From a virus (lineage: Duplodnaviria; Caudoviricetes), in the IMG/VR virus record IMGVR_UViG_3300016722_000138, positions 1-39,947 of that record: 39,947 nt of DNA; one strand, 5' to 3'. The position numbers and the translations under genes were made by a program. Shown piece by piece: positions 9,025 through 18,313 of the stretch (position 1 is the stretch's first letter; every line of letters begins with the position of its first letter). The notes beneath the pieces were generated by a model, which was not told the origin of the DNA, searched no databases, and worked only from the letters and a program-made list of their open reading frames with translations.

Positions 9025-9115
9025 TTCCACGTAGTCACTCCCACTGCTATTCCTTTGCGTAGCCCTTATAAAGGGCTGAGTCGCCACAGCCCTAGATAAG
9101 CATTAGTAAACTCGA

Positions 9116-10258
9116 CTATTCCTTGGCGGTAACAGTCGCGCCTTTTTTGACTCTCAAGAAGCCGTTGAACCCGACGACGTTTCCACCGGTGAAGACACTT
9201 GCTTTGTAGCAGATGATTCCATCTTTGAACTTGTAGTCGGTTGACTTGGCGATCTCGACAGGTGAGAAGACTGGGACCTCGTAGTTCTTTAAGGAACCAT
9301 AGGCGATGCAGTAGTCACCTTCGGCGGTCGCGGTGTCGCTCAAGGCCTTGCAGTGAGAGGAGATGATATATGGGATACCATCGATGGTCTGCGCTTTGTA
9401 GTCGACGGCGTGGACCTTTCTTCCCTCGGCGGTTCTCAAGGTAGCGAATGCGCGGAGGTCGTTCTTGTTGAGGATGAGGACGGCGTCCCCTTCAACTTCC
9501 TCGTCTCCGCCATAGGCGAACACGATCTCGTCCAATGTGGTATCGGTGATCTTGGCGATGTCGATATCCTTGGAGGCTTCGATGGCGCTGGCTTTGTCAG
9601 AGAAGATACCAGTGAAGGTGTTTGAGGTTCCTGCACCAAGAAGGATCTGAGAGGCGATCTTCTTTTTGAGGGAGACTTCGATGTTCTTCAAGACCTCTGC
9701 TTGGTAAGGGAGGTTTGGAAGCTTCTCGAGTTCCTCGGTGATTTCGGTGTAGGCGGTGACTTTGACTTTGGTGACCGTGACGTAATCGAAGGTTGGTTCG
9801 GTTTCGGTGTAGTCGGCACCTTCGGCTGTCAAGCCAGCGTCGCCGTGACCTTTAACGTAGGACTTTTTGTAGGTTTCGCCACCGTTGAGGTTGACGACGT
9901 TGACTTTGTCAACGATTGTCGATACTTCGCGGAATGGGTACTCGGCGATTTTGTCGTCGGTGTAGCTGGGTAACAAGATGTTGCTGGAATCGACCTTGAT
10001 GGTTCTTGCTTCCCTTAAATCCTTGCCGCGTTGTTCTAATGCTTCGGCGGTTTCGGATTTGGTTTCGATATTGACGACCTTGACTTCGGTTTGGGAGGCG
10101 ATCTTCATTTTCTTTTCGATCATCCCTCTTTCTTCCTGCAAGGTTGTGGCTTCAGTTTCTAACGCTGAGAGCTTCTCGACATCGTTTTCGGTGTCGCTGG
10201 CAGTTCTGATTTCGGCCAAGCGGACTTCGATCTCTGCCTTTCTTTTGATTAAATTCAT
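9116..10258 (-). CDS. Major capsid protein, HK97 family
   Basis: Coiled-coil delta domain, ITEEL, IL.G.G....GIF, IDG.PY and AYGSLKNY motifs. Confidence 0.95.
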   Translation of the reverse strand: MNLIKRKAEIEVRLAEIRTASDTENDVEKLSALETEATTLQEERGMIEKKMKIASQTEVKVVNIETKSETAEALEQRGKDLREARTIKVDSSNILLPSYTDDKIAEYPFREVSTIVDKVNVVNLNGGETYKKSYVKGHGDAGLTAEGADYTETEPTFDYVTVTKVKVTAYTEITEELEKLPNLPYQAEVLKNIEVSLKKKIASQILLGAGTSNTFTGIFSDKASAIEASKDIDIAKITDTTLDEIVFAYGGDEEVEGDAVLILNKNDLRAFATLRTAEGRKVHAVDYKAQTIDGIPYIISSHCKALSDTATAEGDYCIAYGSLKNYEVPVFSPVEIAKSTDYKFKDGIICYKASVFTGGNVVGFNGFLRVKKGATVTAKE

Positions 10259-10269
10259 TTTAAATCCTC

Positions 10270-10872
10270 CTAGATTTTTGATTTGATGTGAATTCGTTTT
10301 TTGATGATTTCGGCTTGCTTCTTCTGCTCAGCTAAATCCATAGCTTTTAGTTCCAAATCCATGGCTTCTAAAGAACGGGCGTAGATGCTGGTCGAGTCGT
10401 AGGCCGGGGTGTCGACGATGGATACGTCGTAGAGTCTCTCTATCCCGAGGATCCTACGGACCGGTACCGCACCGCTTCTGTCCCAGCTCTGCTTGTTGAC
10501 CGTGAAAGCGAAGCTCATCTTATCCAAAAGCCCGGCCGTGACCATCTTGTAGATATCCTTGTTGGATTCCGTGTCAAGAAGCTCGGCGTGGACCTTGAGA
10601 CCTTTTTCGTCGACCGATAAGGAAAGAGAGCCGTTTTTGGTTCTCGCGATGATGAGGAAGTTGTCCATGTGGTTGTACTTCATGGGCACGTCCTTCATTA
10701 GTGTTTCGGAGAGGGAGTCCTTATCGATGACTTCCTTGAAGCCGTGTTCCTCGTCCCCGATCAGGGTTTCGCTCTCGAAGACGATCGCGTAGCCCTCCAA
10801 GGTCATCTTGCCGTCGACCGCTTCGGTCCTTAGTTCGGCCAATCTGACCTCTTTATTTGTTGTCTTCGTCAT
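10270..10872 (-). CDS. HK97-family prohead protease
   Basis: LEGYAIVF, YNH, D.KGL, MSFAF and DVSIVDTPAY motifs. Confidence 0.95.
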   Translation of the reverse strand: MTKTTNKEVRLAELRTEAVDGKMTLEGYAIVFESETLIGDEEHGFKEVIDKDSLSETLMKDVPMKYNHMDNFLIIARTKNGSLSLSVDEKGLKVHAELLDTESNKDIYKMVTAGLLDKMSFAFTVNKQSWDRSGAVPVRRILGIERLYDVSIVDTPAYDSTSIYARSLEAMDLELKAMDLAEQKKQAEIIKKRIHIKSKI

Positions 10873-12073
10873 TGTTGTTACCTCCTACTTGGTATTGGTT
10901 TGCCTTGTCGGCGTCTACGTAATTTAGTGATTGGAGTCTCTTGTTCCCGTTTTCGATCGGCTCGAGTCCCAGCAAGGCCCTGGATTCGTTCAAAGACATG
11001 ATCCCGAGTCCCATGAGTTTCTCGATGGCGCCGACCTTGGTGGTCCAAGAGGCGTATTGCAGACGCTCGCTGAAGAAGAGGATCTCTTCCCCTCTTTCGA
11101 GCTCGTTCTGCGTCAATAACCCGTTTGAGAAAGCCTCGCTTAGCTGTATCGCTATCGGTTCGATGGTCGATTCGTAGAAAGCGTTGAACTCGGTCTCGTT
11201 GTATGAGTTGGCGAATATCGCCTTCGACACTCCGAAGTAGTCGAGTATCTTGCTTTGCAGGAAGTCGAGCGTCTTGTCGTCCACGAGCTTCGGATCGACG
11301 CTTAACGGCGTGTAGTCGGCTTTGGAGTCGACCGGGACGATCGCCGATTCGGTTTCGTTGGCCTTTGATAGCGCCCTGTTGAATTCGTCGATTTGCTTCT
11401 GCTTGTCGCTTTCCTTCAGCATGCCATTGATTTTGAGCAGGCCTTTTATCTGGAAGCTCGACATCATTCCGGCTTCCACCCCTTGCAGGAGCGAGTCGTT
11501 GATCTTGAGCGTTTTGAGTAGCGCTTCGTGGCTTCCGGTCGAGGAGTCACCGCCGAAGAAACTGTTGTTCGTGTAGAACCTCCTGAGGTGGACGACGTTC
11601 TCGTAAGGGAGGATATAGCTCGTGCCGTCGCCGAAGTAGAACTTCAGGTAATAGTCGCCGAGGCTGTCCTCTATTGGCTCCACCGTCATGGGGTTCAATG
11701 GATACAAGCCAATCAGCTTATAGGTGGCCCTGTCGTACATCGGGTAGATGAACGCGTTGTCGTTCAGCATGAGGAGCGAAACGCTTTTGTAGAGGAATTG
11801 GTAAGGCGTCATGAGGGGATTTGGCTTGTACTTTAGCAAAAAGGCGACCGGCCCTGACTTTTCGGTCTGGACCCCGTCGTCTCCTACTTTGAGGTATCTG
11901 CCCTTTAGCTTCGCGCATTGCGAGGCGATCCTGTCGACGCATATTCGGACCACATCCGAGTTGGAGATGTTGTCGCCGAATGGGACGAACGGTAGCTTCA
12001 GGTCGTTCACGACTTTGTAGCTGTCGACGTTCCCGACTTTCTTCTTTCTTTTGAAAATGTCCTTAATTCCCAT
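10853..12073 (-). CDS. Portal protein, HK97 family
   Basis: V..CVD.IA, LL..PNP.MT..QF, VVHLR and G.MSLNE.R..LGL.P motifs. Confidence 0.95.
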   Translation of the reverse strand: MGIKDIFKRKKKVGNVDSYKVVNDLKLPFVPFGDNISNSDVVRICVDRIASQCAKLKGRYLKVGDDGVQTEKSGPVAFLLKYKPNPLMTPYQFLYKSVSLLMLNDNAFIYPMYDRATYKLIGLYPLNPMTVEPIEDSLGDYYLKFYFGDGTSYILPYENVVHLRRFYTNNSFFGGDSSTGSHEALLKTLKINDSLLQGVEAGMMSSFQIKGLLKINGMLKESDKQKQIDEFNRALSKANETESAIVPVDSKADYTPLSVDPKLVDDKTLDFLQSKILDYFGVSKAIFANSYNETEFNAFYESTIEPIAIQLSEAFSNGLLTQNELERGEEILFFSERLQYASWTTKVGAIEKLMGLGIMSLNESRALLGLEPIENGNKRLQSLNYVDADKANQYQVGGNNNDEDNK

Positions 12074-12083
12074 TTGGTTCCTC

Positions 12084-13724
12084 CTAACTTGTCATGGTTT
12101 CGTAGTCTTTTTTGTATAGGTTCAAGACGGAGTAGGCGATTATGAGTGCCACCGCTCCGTCTATCCTCTTGAATTTGCTGTTCAGCTTCGAGGGCTGGAT
12201 GTTCCCGTTGATGTCGACCTTGGCCTGAGTGTTTGATAGGCACCACTTCAGCATCGGGTTGTTGTCGTAGATGACCACATGGTTCTTGAGGTCGGCCTCG
12301 AGCTGTTTCATCGGCTCGGATAGGGTGAAAGGCCCCTGCCTCACCTTTTCCATCGTGAAGCCGGCTTCGTCCATCTCGTCCACCCAGTAGCGGGAGTTCC
12401 AAGGATCGTATCCGACCCAGAGGGGGCGGATGTCGTAGGTCCTGACCATGTCGAGGAACCACTCGGTGACCTTTGAAAAGTCGTTCTGGCTCCCCTCGGA
12501 TAATGTCAGGTAGCCTTTCTTCACCCAGATGTCATAGGGGACGGAGTCTTCCTCCATCCTCTTCTGGAGCACGTCGCTCGGCATGAAGAAATGCGGGATG
12601 ACGTACTTCTTCTTGTCTTTGACGATGAGGAGTATCGAGGCGGTCAAGTCCGTCGTCGAGGAAAGGTCCACGCCTCCGATGGCATAGCTATTGCGCAGGC
12701 TTTCCATGTCGTATGTCTCTTCGTTGTTGAGCTCGTCGAAGCTCATCCAAGAGCCGGATTCGAGCTGTTTGACGTTAAAGTCCTTGCAGAGCATCGTGAG
12801 CCTCGTCGAGAGGTCGTTCTTCGACTTGTTCATGATGTCCTCGAGGTAGGTCATGGTCTTGATCTTCCCCAGCGAGGGGTTGGATTTCTGCCACGACTTC
12901 TTGTCGCTGTAGATCTCGTCTATCGAGTCCTGCGTGTAGAGCCAAGGGAGCACCCTTTCGTCGGTGATCTCGCCCTTGATCATCTTCCTGCAGTATTCGA
13001 GCTTCTTGTCTAGGAACCCTCCCACCACGTTCCCTTCGGTCGTGATGATGAAGATCAGCGGTTCCCTTTTGGTCGATTGGCTTTGCTTGATCGCGTCGTA
13101 GACCTTGCTGTCGGTCATCTGATGGACCTCGTCGATGCACCCGACCTCGATGTTGAACCCGTCTAGGTTCCTCGATTGTGCCGAGAGCTTCTTGATCTTG
13201 TTTTTGTTCTTGGGCGAATAGATATAGAAGATGTTTTTCCTGCTTCTTTTGTCTTTTGACAGGGCCTTGCTGTGCTCCCTCATGTTGTTGATCTCCTCGA
13301 AAAGGATCGAGGCCTGATCGTTGGTGTTGCTGGCGCAGATGATGTCGACGCCACCGCTTGAGAGGAAGAACTCCGCCAAGTCGATGCCGGCGATGTAGGT
13401 GGTCTTTCCGTTTTTTCTGGCGACCAGTAGCACCACCTCGTTGAACCTTCTGAGTCCGGTCTCCTTGTACTTGAAGCCATAGGCGACCTGAAGGAGAGCC
13501 TTTTCCCAGAGCTCCAAGATGAACGGCATCCCGTTGAACGGGGATTTCGTGTGCTTGCAGAAGCGCTCGATGAAGTCGATCCTGAGCTGTCCCGGCTTTT
13601 CGTCAAAGACGAACCTCGGGTCCTTCAGATCGTTTATGAGGGAATCGAGGACCTGCTCCAGCTCATGGCCGATCACCACGTCTCCTTTGTAGACCGCGTT
13701 GCGGTATTCGATTAGGTAGTTCAT
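12084..13724 (-). CDS. terL: Terminase large subunit
   Basis: Walker A VARKNGKT, Walker B IDEVH, ITT coupling motif, GGVDLS..TDL and RIDGAVA nuclease motifs. Confidence 0.97.
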   Translation of the reverse strand: MNYLIEYRNAVYKGDVVIGHELEQVLDSLINDLKDPRFVFDEKPGQLRIDFIERFCKHTKSPFNGMPFILELWEKALLQVAYGFKYKETGLRRFNEVVLLVARKNGKTTYIAGIDLAEFFLSSGGVDIICASNTNDQASILFEEINNMREHSKALSKDKRSRKNIFYIYSPKNKNKIKKLSAQSRNLDGFNIEVGCIDEVHQMTDSKVYDAIKQSQSTKREPLIFIITTEGNVVGGFLDKKLEYCRKMIKGEITDERVLPWLYTQDSIDEIYSDKKSWQKSNPSLGKIKTMTYLEDIMNKSKNDLSTRLTMLCKDFNVKQLESGSWMSFDELNNEETYDMESLRNSYAIGGVDLSSTTDLTASILLIVKDKKKYVIPHFFMPSDVLQKRMEEDSVPYDIWVKKGYLTLSEGSQNDFSKVTEWFLDMVRTYDIRPLWVGYDPWNSRYWVDEMDEAGFTMEKVRQGPFTLSEPMKQLEADLKNHVVIYDNNPMLKWCLSNTQAKVDINGNIQPSKLNSKFKRIDGAVALIIAYSVLNLYKKDYETMTS

Positions 13725-14059
13725 TTCCCGGCTTCTTCGATGAACTTGTCGAATTCGTCCTCGCCCTCGTCGACCTCTTTCCCGAGTATCGTGTTCAGGG
13801 TTTTGATGATGGACTGGTAGGCGATCACGCTTTGGAGGTATGTCTTGTACTTGAGGTTCACCCTTTGGTTTCCCTTGTTCGAGGTCTCGACGACATAGCT
13901 TTTGCCTATGTCATCCTCCAGATTGTCGAGCTCCACTTTAAGAAAAGAAGCCTTCTTCAGGAGCTCGTCGACTAGGCTTTTCTTGGCCTCGTCGCTCCCT
14001 TCAAACAGCTTCTTGAGTCGCAGATACTCTCTATAGACGCAATCATTCCTCTTCTTCAT
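13721..14059 (-). CDS. terS: Terminase small subunit (P27-like)
   Basis: 112 aa helical protein with an acidic DEFDKF tail, overlapping the terL start. Confidence 0.75.
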   Translation of the reverse strand: MKKRNDCVYREYLRLKKLFEGSDEAKKSLVDELLKKASFLKVELDNLEDDIGKSYVVETSNKGNQRVNLKYKTYLQSVIAYQSIIKTLNTILGKEVDEGEDEFDKFIEEAGK

Positions 14060-14204
14060 AAAGTTCCTCCGCCTCGGAGGCGTCGACCTGCTCGTAGTTG
14101 TCGATCGAGTCTTCGCACCCTAGGTAGATGACGTTAGATAAGTAGGTTCCGTCGATTTTCGATTTGAAGATCTTTCCGGGTTCGGCTTCGTGTTTGTTTG
14201 GCAT
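14043..14204 (-). CDS. Small acidic protein of the type that follows phage tail fibre genes (53 aa; not in the ORF track)
   Basis: MPNKHEAEPGKIFKSKIDGTYLSNVIYLGCEDSIDNYEQV..., with a GGAGG RBS and the A..GK.F....G.....IYLG..DS..NY motif. Confidence 0.65.
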   Translation of the reverse strand: MPNKHEAEPGKIFKSKIDGTYLSNVIYLGCEDSIDNYEQVDASEAEELYEEEE

Positions 14205-14215
14205 GCTTTTTCCTC

Positions 14216-15343
14216 CTATGAGACGGTCCAGTTCTTGGCCGTCGCCACCGCTATGTCTGTGGTGGTTATCTTGGCTAGGTTGTCACTGCCCAAGGTGAGA
14301 GCCTTGGCGGACGAGCCCGTCAGGTTTTTGAGAGACGCGAACATGGCTCTTATGGAATCTGCACTGAGATTGGTGCATTTCGAGAAATTGGCCACGCAGT
14401 TCCAATTGGATCCGAGGACGATGTCCGTCAAAGACGGATTGTCCACTATGTGGCCGGCGATGATCGCGTAGGTGAACGAGTTAGGAAGGATGATCTTCGC
14501 TAACACGGAACAAGAGCTGATCGTCTGGCCGTTCCCAGTGAATCCTAGGAACCCTGCCGGAAGCTCGAGCTCCTTCAATGCCGTCATGTTGAATATGGCG
14601 TATGAGACGAAGGTTGTGAGTTTGGATCCTTCCTCAAATTTGATAGCGCCTAAATTTGACGAACCGAAGGCGTTACGTCCCCACGAGGACACGCTTTCAG
14701 GAACTTTGAGCACATAGCTTGATGCTAGGTTCTCCATTCTCTGGAACGAATACTCCTGAATGGAGGTTATCGCGATCCCTTCTTGGAACTCGATCCTTTG
14801 GAACTTGCCTCCCTCGAAGGCGTGCGAGCCGATGTAGGAGATGTCCGGATGAAGGATCAAAGTGGCAAAGGCTTGATAGTAAGAAAGGCAATATTCCCTG
14901 ATTCTCGTCACCGATGTCGGGATGACGACCTTGTCGGCCGTTCCGCCGATGATACCGCAGAGAAGCTGTGATTCCTCCGATTGGGTGTTGGCTGACAAGA
15001 TGCCGTCTGACACCACCGCCTCGACCGGTTCGCTGATGAACGCGTAGCTTCCGGTAGGCACATTGTTGGTGACGACGTTGTTCGAGGAGATGAAGGATAT
15101 AAACCATCTGCCCGAGAGCTTCGTGACCGTGGTCGGAACTACCAAAACGTCGTTTGTCACCCTGTAAAGGTACGTGGCCTTGGCGTGCTTGAACTTGACG
15201 TAGCGTATTGCTCCCTCGATTGAATCGTCGACCGAGAACACCAACCTTGCCCTGCTGAGCTCGTCTTCGGTACCGAGCCTGACGACCGGATCCTCGTATT
15301 CGAGCCTCCCGTTGGCGTTTGCTTTTATCTTGATGTCGTACAT
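14216..15343 (-). CDS. BppU-like N-terminal domain + BspA-type leucine-rich-repeat protein (putative receptor-binding/tail fibre protein)
   Basis: N-terminal LG...E...RL.F baseplate-upper-like segment; LRR_5-type repeats (IP.SVT.I..Y, I..IG..AF); C-terminal LTLG..NLAK.T..DIA.AT.K.WTV end typical of phage LRR fibres. Confidence 0.7.
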   Translation of the reverse strand: MYDIKIKANANGRLEYEDPVVRLGTEDELSRARLVFSVDDSIEGAIRYVKFKHAKATYLYRVTNDVLVVPTTVTKLSGRWFISFISSNNVVTNNVPTGSYAFISEPVEAVVSDGILSANTQSEESQLLCGIIGGTADKVVIPTSVTRIREYCLSYYQAFATLILHPDISYIGSHAFEGGKFQRIEFQEGIAITSIQEYSFQRMENLASSYVLKVPESVSSWGRNAFGSSNLGAIKFEEGSKLTTFVSYAIFNMTALKELELPAGFLGFTGNGQTISSCSVLAKIILPNSFTYAIIAGHIVDNPSLTDIVLGSNWNCVANFSKCTNLSADSIRAMFASLKNLTGSSAKALTLGSDNLAKITTTDIAVATAKNWTVS

Positions 15344-15372
15344 TGGTTGCCCTCCTAAAATAAGTGAAAATG

Positions 15373-15473
15373 TTATAAGTCTATACTTTGTATAGTCTTA
15401 TAAAGACGAAAAAGGCCCTTTTCGGACCTCTTTTTGGTGTTTATATAAGACTTATTAATAAGACTTATATAAA
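15373..15473. promoter_or_regulatory. Two AT-rich near-perfect palindromes (protein-binding sites)
   Basis: 15373-15403 TTATAAGTCTATAC-TTT-GTATAGTCTTATAA and 15440-15473 TTTATATAAGACTTATT|AATAAGACTTATATAAA, one mismatch each. Confidence 0.6.
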
Positions 15474-15545
15474 AAAGTTGGCTTTGCTTGGGCCCTGTCA
15501 GCCCCGCTGTCGCGTTACGTTCCTCTGGTTGGTGAATTAGCCAAT

Positions 15546-15680
15546 CCCAAGAGAAAGGAGCCCCTAAGGCCCTTATTTCGCTTCTTGGGAATTTCGGATT
15601 TTGAAAAATCGGCCCCACGCATTTTGGAGGTGGGGGCGAACGGTACTTTCAAAGTCAGAAAATATCATCGACCGGGGCGG
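15546..15680 (-). other. Probable cos (packaging/cohesive end) region
   Basis: GC-rich non-coding stretch just downstream of the HNH gene (- strand ACCGTTCGCCCCCACC near 15629-15644). This is the usual cos position in HNH + HK97-type phages. Confidence 0.45.
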
Positions 15681-16010
15681 TCATTTCGATTTTCTGGACA
15701 CGAGATTTCCCTCGCTGTCGAAGTCGTACTCGGCCAATCTACCGAACCTATGGTGCTCTTTGTTGTGGCAATCGGTGCAAAGGAGCATCAGGTTGTCCTG
15801 ATTCAAAGAGACGTTGGGATCGTCGACGTTCTGTATGGTTAGATGGATCTTGTGATGGACCTCGTTCCCTGGCTTACCACATTTCTCGCACAGGCCATTC
15901 TGATTGCAGATCTTAATCGCCCTAGCAAGGTGCCATTCGTCGCCACGGTAGAAACGCTCGAGCTTACTTGGTCGCTTCGAGTGCTTCGCGCAACGCTTGT
16001 GCCTTTGCAT
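15681..16010 (-). CDS. Packaging-associated HNH endonuclease
   Basis: FY...W, CEKC, VHH, NL.LLC..CH...H motifs. Confidence 0.9.
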   Translation of the reverse strand: MQRHKRCAKHSKRPSKLERFYRGDEWHLARAIKICNQNGLCEKCGKPGNEVHHKIHLTIQNVDDPNVSLNQDNLMLLCTDCHNKEHHRFGRLAEYDFDSEGNLVSRKSK

Positions 16011-17073
16011 CTGCGTCCTCCCAAGGAAGGTTCAATCCTAATCTGCCGAAGTGCCCATACTCGGAAATCCGGGAATAGGTGACGTCCAGCAATTTGAGTT
16101 CTTTGATGATCGAAGCCGGCTTGAAGTCAAAGACCTCTTTAACGAGCTCGACCAATTTGTCGTCGTCGATGACGCCGGTTCCAAAGGAATCGACGGAAAC
16201 CGAGACTGGCTCGGCAATGCCGATGGAATAGGCGACGCCAACCTCACAGCGTTTGCAAAGCCCTGAATCGACGAGGGCCTTGGCGACGTAGCGACAATAG
16301 TAGGCACCGCTTCTGTCGACCTTGGTTGGATCCTTTCCAGAGAAGGCACCACCGCCATGGTGAGCCACCCCTCCATAGGTATCGCACATGAGCTTTCGCC
16401 CGGTTAAACCTGAATCAGCGTAAGGCCCGCCGGTCTCGAAAGCGCCTGTCGGATTGATGAGGACTTGGCATTCAGGGTACTTTTTGATGTATCCGCCGAT
16501 GGCCTCAAGCAAGAGAGCCTTCGCTTCTTCTAGCTTTCCGGGTTTGGTTTGCGAAGAGATGATTATTGTTTTGATGGCGACTGGTTTGTAGTCGCTGTCG
16601 TATTCCACCGCGACTTCGCATTTCCCGTCAGGTCCGAAGATGTCGTTGTGCTTCACGAACAGGATGCGGGCAAGGTTGCTGATGTGGGAAGCGACGACGA
16701 ATGGATAAGGCATCCTTTCGTCGGTTTCGTTTGTGGCGTAGCCATACATCATCCCTTGGTCCCCAGCGCCTTCTTTGTCGACACCAAGAGCGATGTCTCC
16801 CGATTGCTTCGTGATGTTTAGATAGACTTTGAATTGCTCGTAGTAGCCGGCGAAGCGGAGAGCCTTGATGGCTTCCTTGATGATGTTCACCTTGGCTTTG
16901 GATGTGACTTCGCCGAACACGTAGACGGCGTTGTTCTTGATTGCGGATTCCACCGCCACCCTCGATGTCTTGTCAGCCTTGAGATAGGCGTCTAAGACGT
17001 TGTCTGATATCTGGTCGCAGAGTTTGTCAGGGTGCCCTTTGAACACCTGCTCGCACGTTACGATTTTTCCCAT
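15964..17073 (-). CDS. metK: S-adenosylmethionine synthetase
   Basis: GHPDK, GAGDQG, DSGLTGRK and GGGAFSGKDPTKVDRS motifs. Start at ATG 17073 (TAATG overlap). Confidence 0.97.
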   Translation of the reverse strand: MGKIVTCEQVFKGHPDKLCDQISDNVLDAYLKADKTSRVAVESAIKNNAVYVFGEVTSKAKVNIIKEAIKALRFAGYYEQFKVYLNITKQSGDIALGVDKEGAGDQGMMYGYATNETDERMPYPFVVASHISNLARILFVKHNDIFGPDGKCEVAVEYDSDYKPVAIKTIIISSQTKPGKLEEAKALLLEAIGGYIKKYPECQVLINPTGAFETGGPYADSGLTGRKLMCDTYGGVAHHGGGAFSGKDPTKVDRSGAYYCRYVAKALVDSGLCKRCEVGVAYSIGIAEPVSVSVDSFGTGVIDDDKLVELVKEVFDFKPASIIKELKLLDVTYSRISEYGHFGRLGLNLPWEDADAKAQALREALEATK

Positions 17074-17366
17074 TATCTTGTTTCCTTCCTTTCGGCGCAT
17101 TCGGCCGTTTCGTTTTTGTCTCTGAATTCGATCACGTATGGTTTCCCATGCTTGATTTTGAAAAGCAGGTCATTGAGCCTGCGGATAGCCAAACGGTAGA
17201 AATTGACGTCGACCAAGGAGTCGTAGTCCTTGGGATCGTTTCTGTATCTCGCCTTGGCCTTCCCAAGCCTGTCCTTGAACTTCTCTTTCAAATCGTAGAA
17301 GTCTTGGATTTCCCTTTCGCTGAAGCCACACGAGATTGTGATTTTGATTGTTACTTTTTGTTCCAT
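17073..17366 (-). CDS. Hypothetical protein
   Basis: GGAGG RBS before ATG 17366; translationally coupled to metK. Confidence 0.6.
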   Translation of the reverse strand: MEQKVTIKITISCGFSEREIQDFYDLKEKFKDRLGKAKARYRNDPKDYDSLVDVNFYRLAIRRLNDLLFKIKHGKPYVIEFRDKNETAECAERKETR

Positions 17367-17383
17367 TGATTCCTCCATAAAGC

Positions 17384-17408
17384 AAAAACGAGGTCCTGTG
17401 AGCCCCGC
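17384..17408 (-). terminator. Intrinsic terminator closing the small-gene cluster
   Basis: - strand GCGGGG-ctcacagga-CCTCGT-TTTT. Confidence 0.5.
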
Positions 17409-17428
17409 TTCTGTTGTTTCCGGTTGTT

Positions 17429-17731
17429 TTACTTGATTGTGAAGATTTCCTTCGGCACGCAGGCCGTGTAGCGCGGATAATCGTAACCTTCTGACTCAAT
17501 CAGTATTCCATACGCGTAACCGTCGGCGATAACGTAGATGCAGTGCATCAAACCGCTGTCGTCTTGGTACATGAGTTTGCTGTTGTCCTTCACGTAGTCC
17601 CTGTCGGCCAGCGGATTGGCTAAGAGGTCCTTGAATTCATCTTTGGTGAGTCTCACCACTTTTTCGATTGCGAACTCAGTCGTCGGGTAGATTTCCTCAG
17701 GCGTAGGTTTTCTAAAGAAATAAGCCTTCAT
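17429..17731 (-). CDS. DUF6329-like protein
   Basis: MY.D..G..HC and GILIESEGYDYPRY motifs. Confidence 0.55.
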   Translation of the reverse strand: MKAYFFRKPTPEEIYPTTEFAIEKVVRLTKDEFKDLLANPLADRDYVKDNSKLMYQDDSGLMHCIYVIADGYAYGILIESEGYDYPRYTACVPKEIFTIK

Positions 17732-17922
17732 TGTCTCTCTCCTTTTGAAGCCTCGATGATTTCAAATTCATCGGCTTCAGGTATGATTGCGCATCCTCCC
17801 CACGTTCTGTGGAGTTGGCTGGCGTCATCGATGTGGGTGATTGTTCCGGTCTTCCATTTGTATTGAGGTTCGTCGCGCATGTCTATTATTTTGATAAGGT
17901 CGCCCACTTGCGGTTTCATCAT
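17728..17922 (-). CDS. DUF4314-like protein
   Basis: GD.I.II.M.D....GT...IDD..QLH..W motif. Start at 17922 (ATGA overlap, GGAGG RBS). Confidence 0.6.
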   Translation of the reverse strand: MMKPQVGDLIKIIDMRDEPQYKWKTGTITHIDDASQLHRTWGGCAIIPEADEFEIIEASKGERQ

Positions 17923-18311
17923 TTCACCCTCCAAGCGGTATAGACCGTCAAGTATCCGCAGTCCCATGAGTCGACTAGGTAGCCGTCTCGGACTGTGGTC
18001 ACGTGGCCTCGGACCGATACGATGAATGTCCCTTGAGGATGTTCCCTTAGGAAGTCCACCACTTTGGTTCTTGGCTGTCCCGGCGTCCCCTTGAAGAGGA
18101 GTCTGTCGTAACTCGCTAGGTAATCGTAGAGGAATTTTCTGTCCTTGTAGGAGGAATATCCTAGTTCCTTCTTGGCCCGATTGAGTTCCCTGCGGGTTTC
18201 CATGTAGTCCTTTTCGAGGGCCGTGGACACCGCTCTGACGACGCAGTCTTTGACGGATAATCCTTTAGGATGGGCATTGAACTTGATGAAGTTCTTGGTT
18301 CTGACTTCCAT
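17919..18311 (-). CDS. Conserved phage hypothetical protein (Cys/His, possibly papain-like)
   Basis: N.HPKG....DCVVRA and GHVT.V.DG...DSWD motifs; RBS before ATG 18311. Confidence 0.55.
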   Translation of the reverse strand: MEVRTKNFIKFNAHPKGLSVKDCVVRAVSTALEKDYMETRRELNRAKKELGYSSYKDRKFLYDYLASYDRLLFKGTPGQPRTKVVDFLREHPQGTFIVSVRGHVTTVRDGYLVDSWDCGYLTVYTAWRVK

Positions 18312-18313
18312 GG

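Noticed and set aside
8779-9099. + strand 106-aa and 71-aa hydrophobic ORFs
   Set aside because: Antisense to the late operon, TTG starts without an RBS, and composition is a by-product of the pyrimidine-rich repeat.
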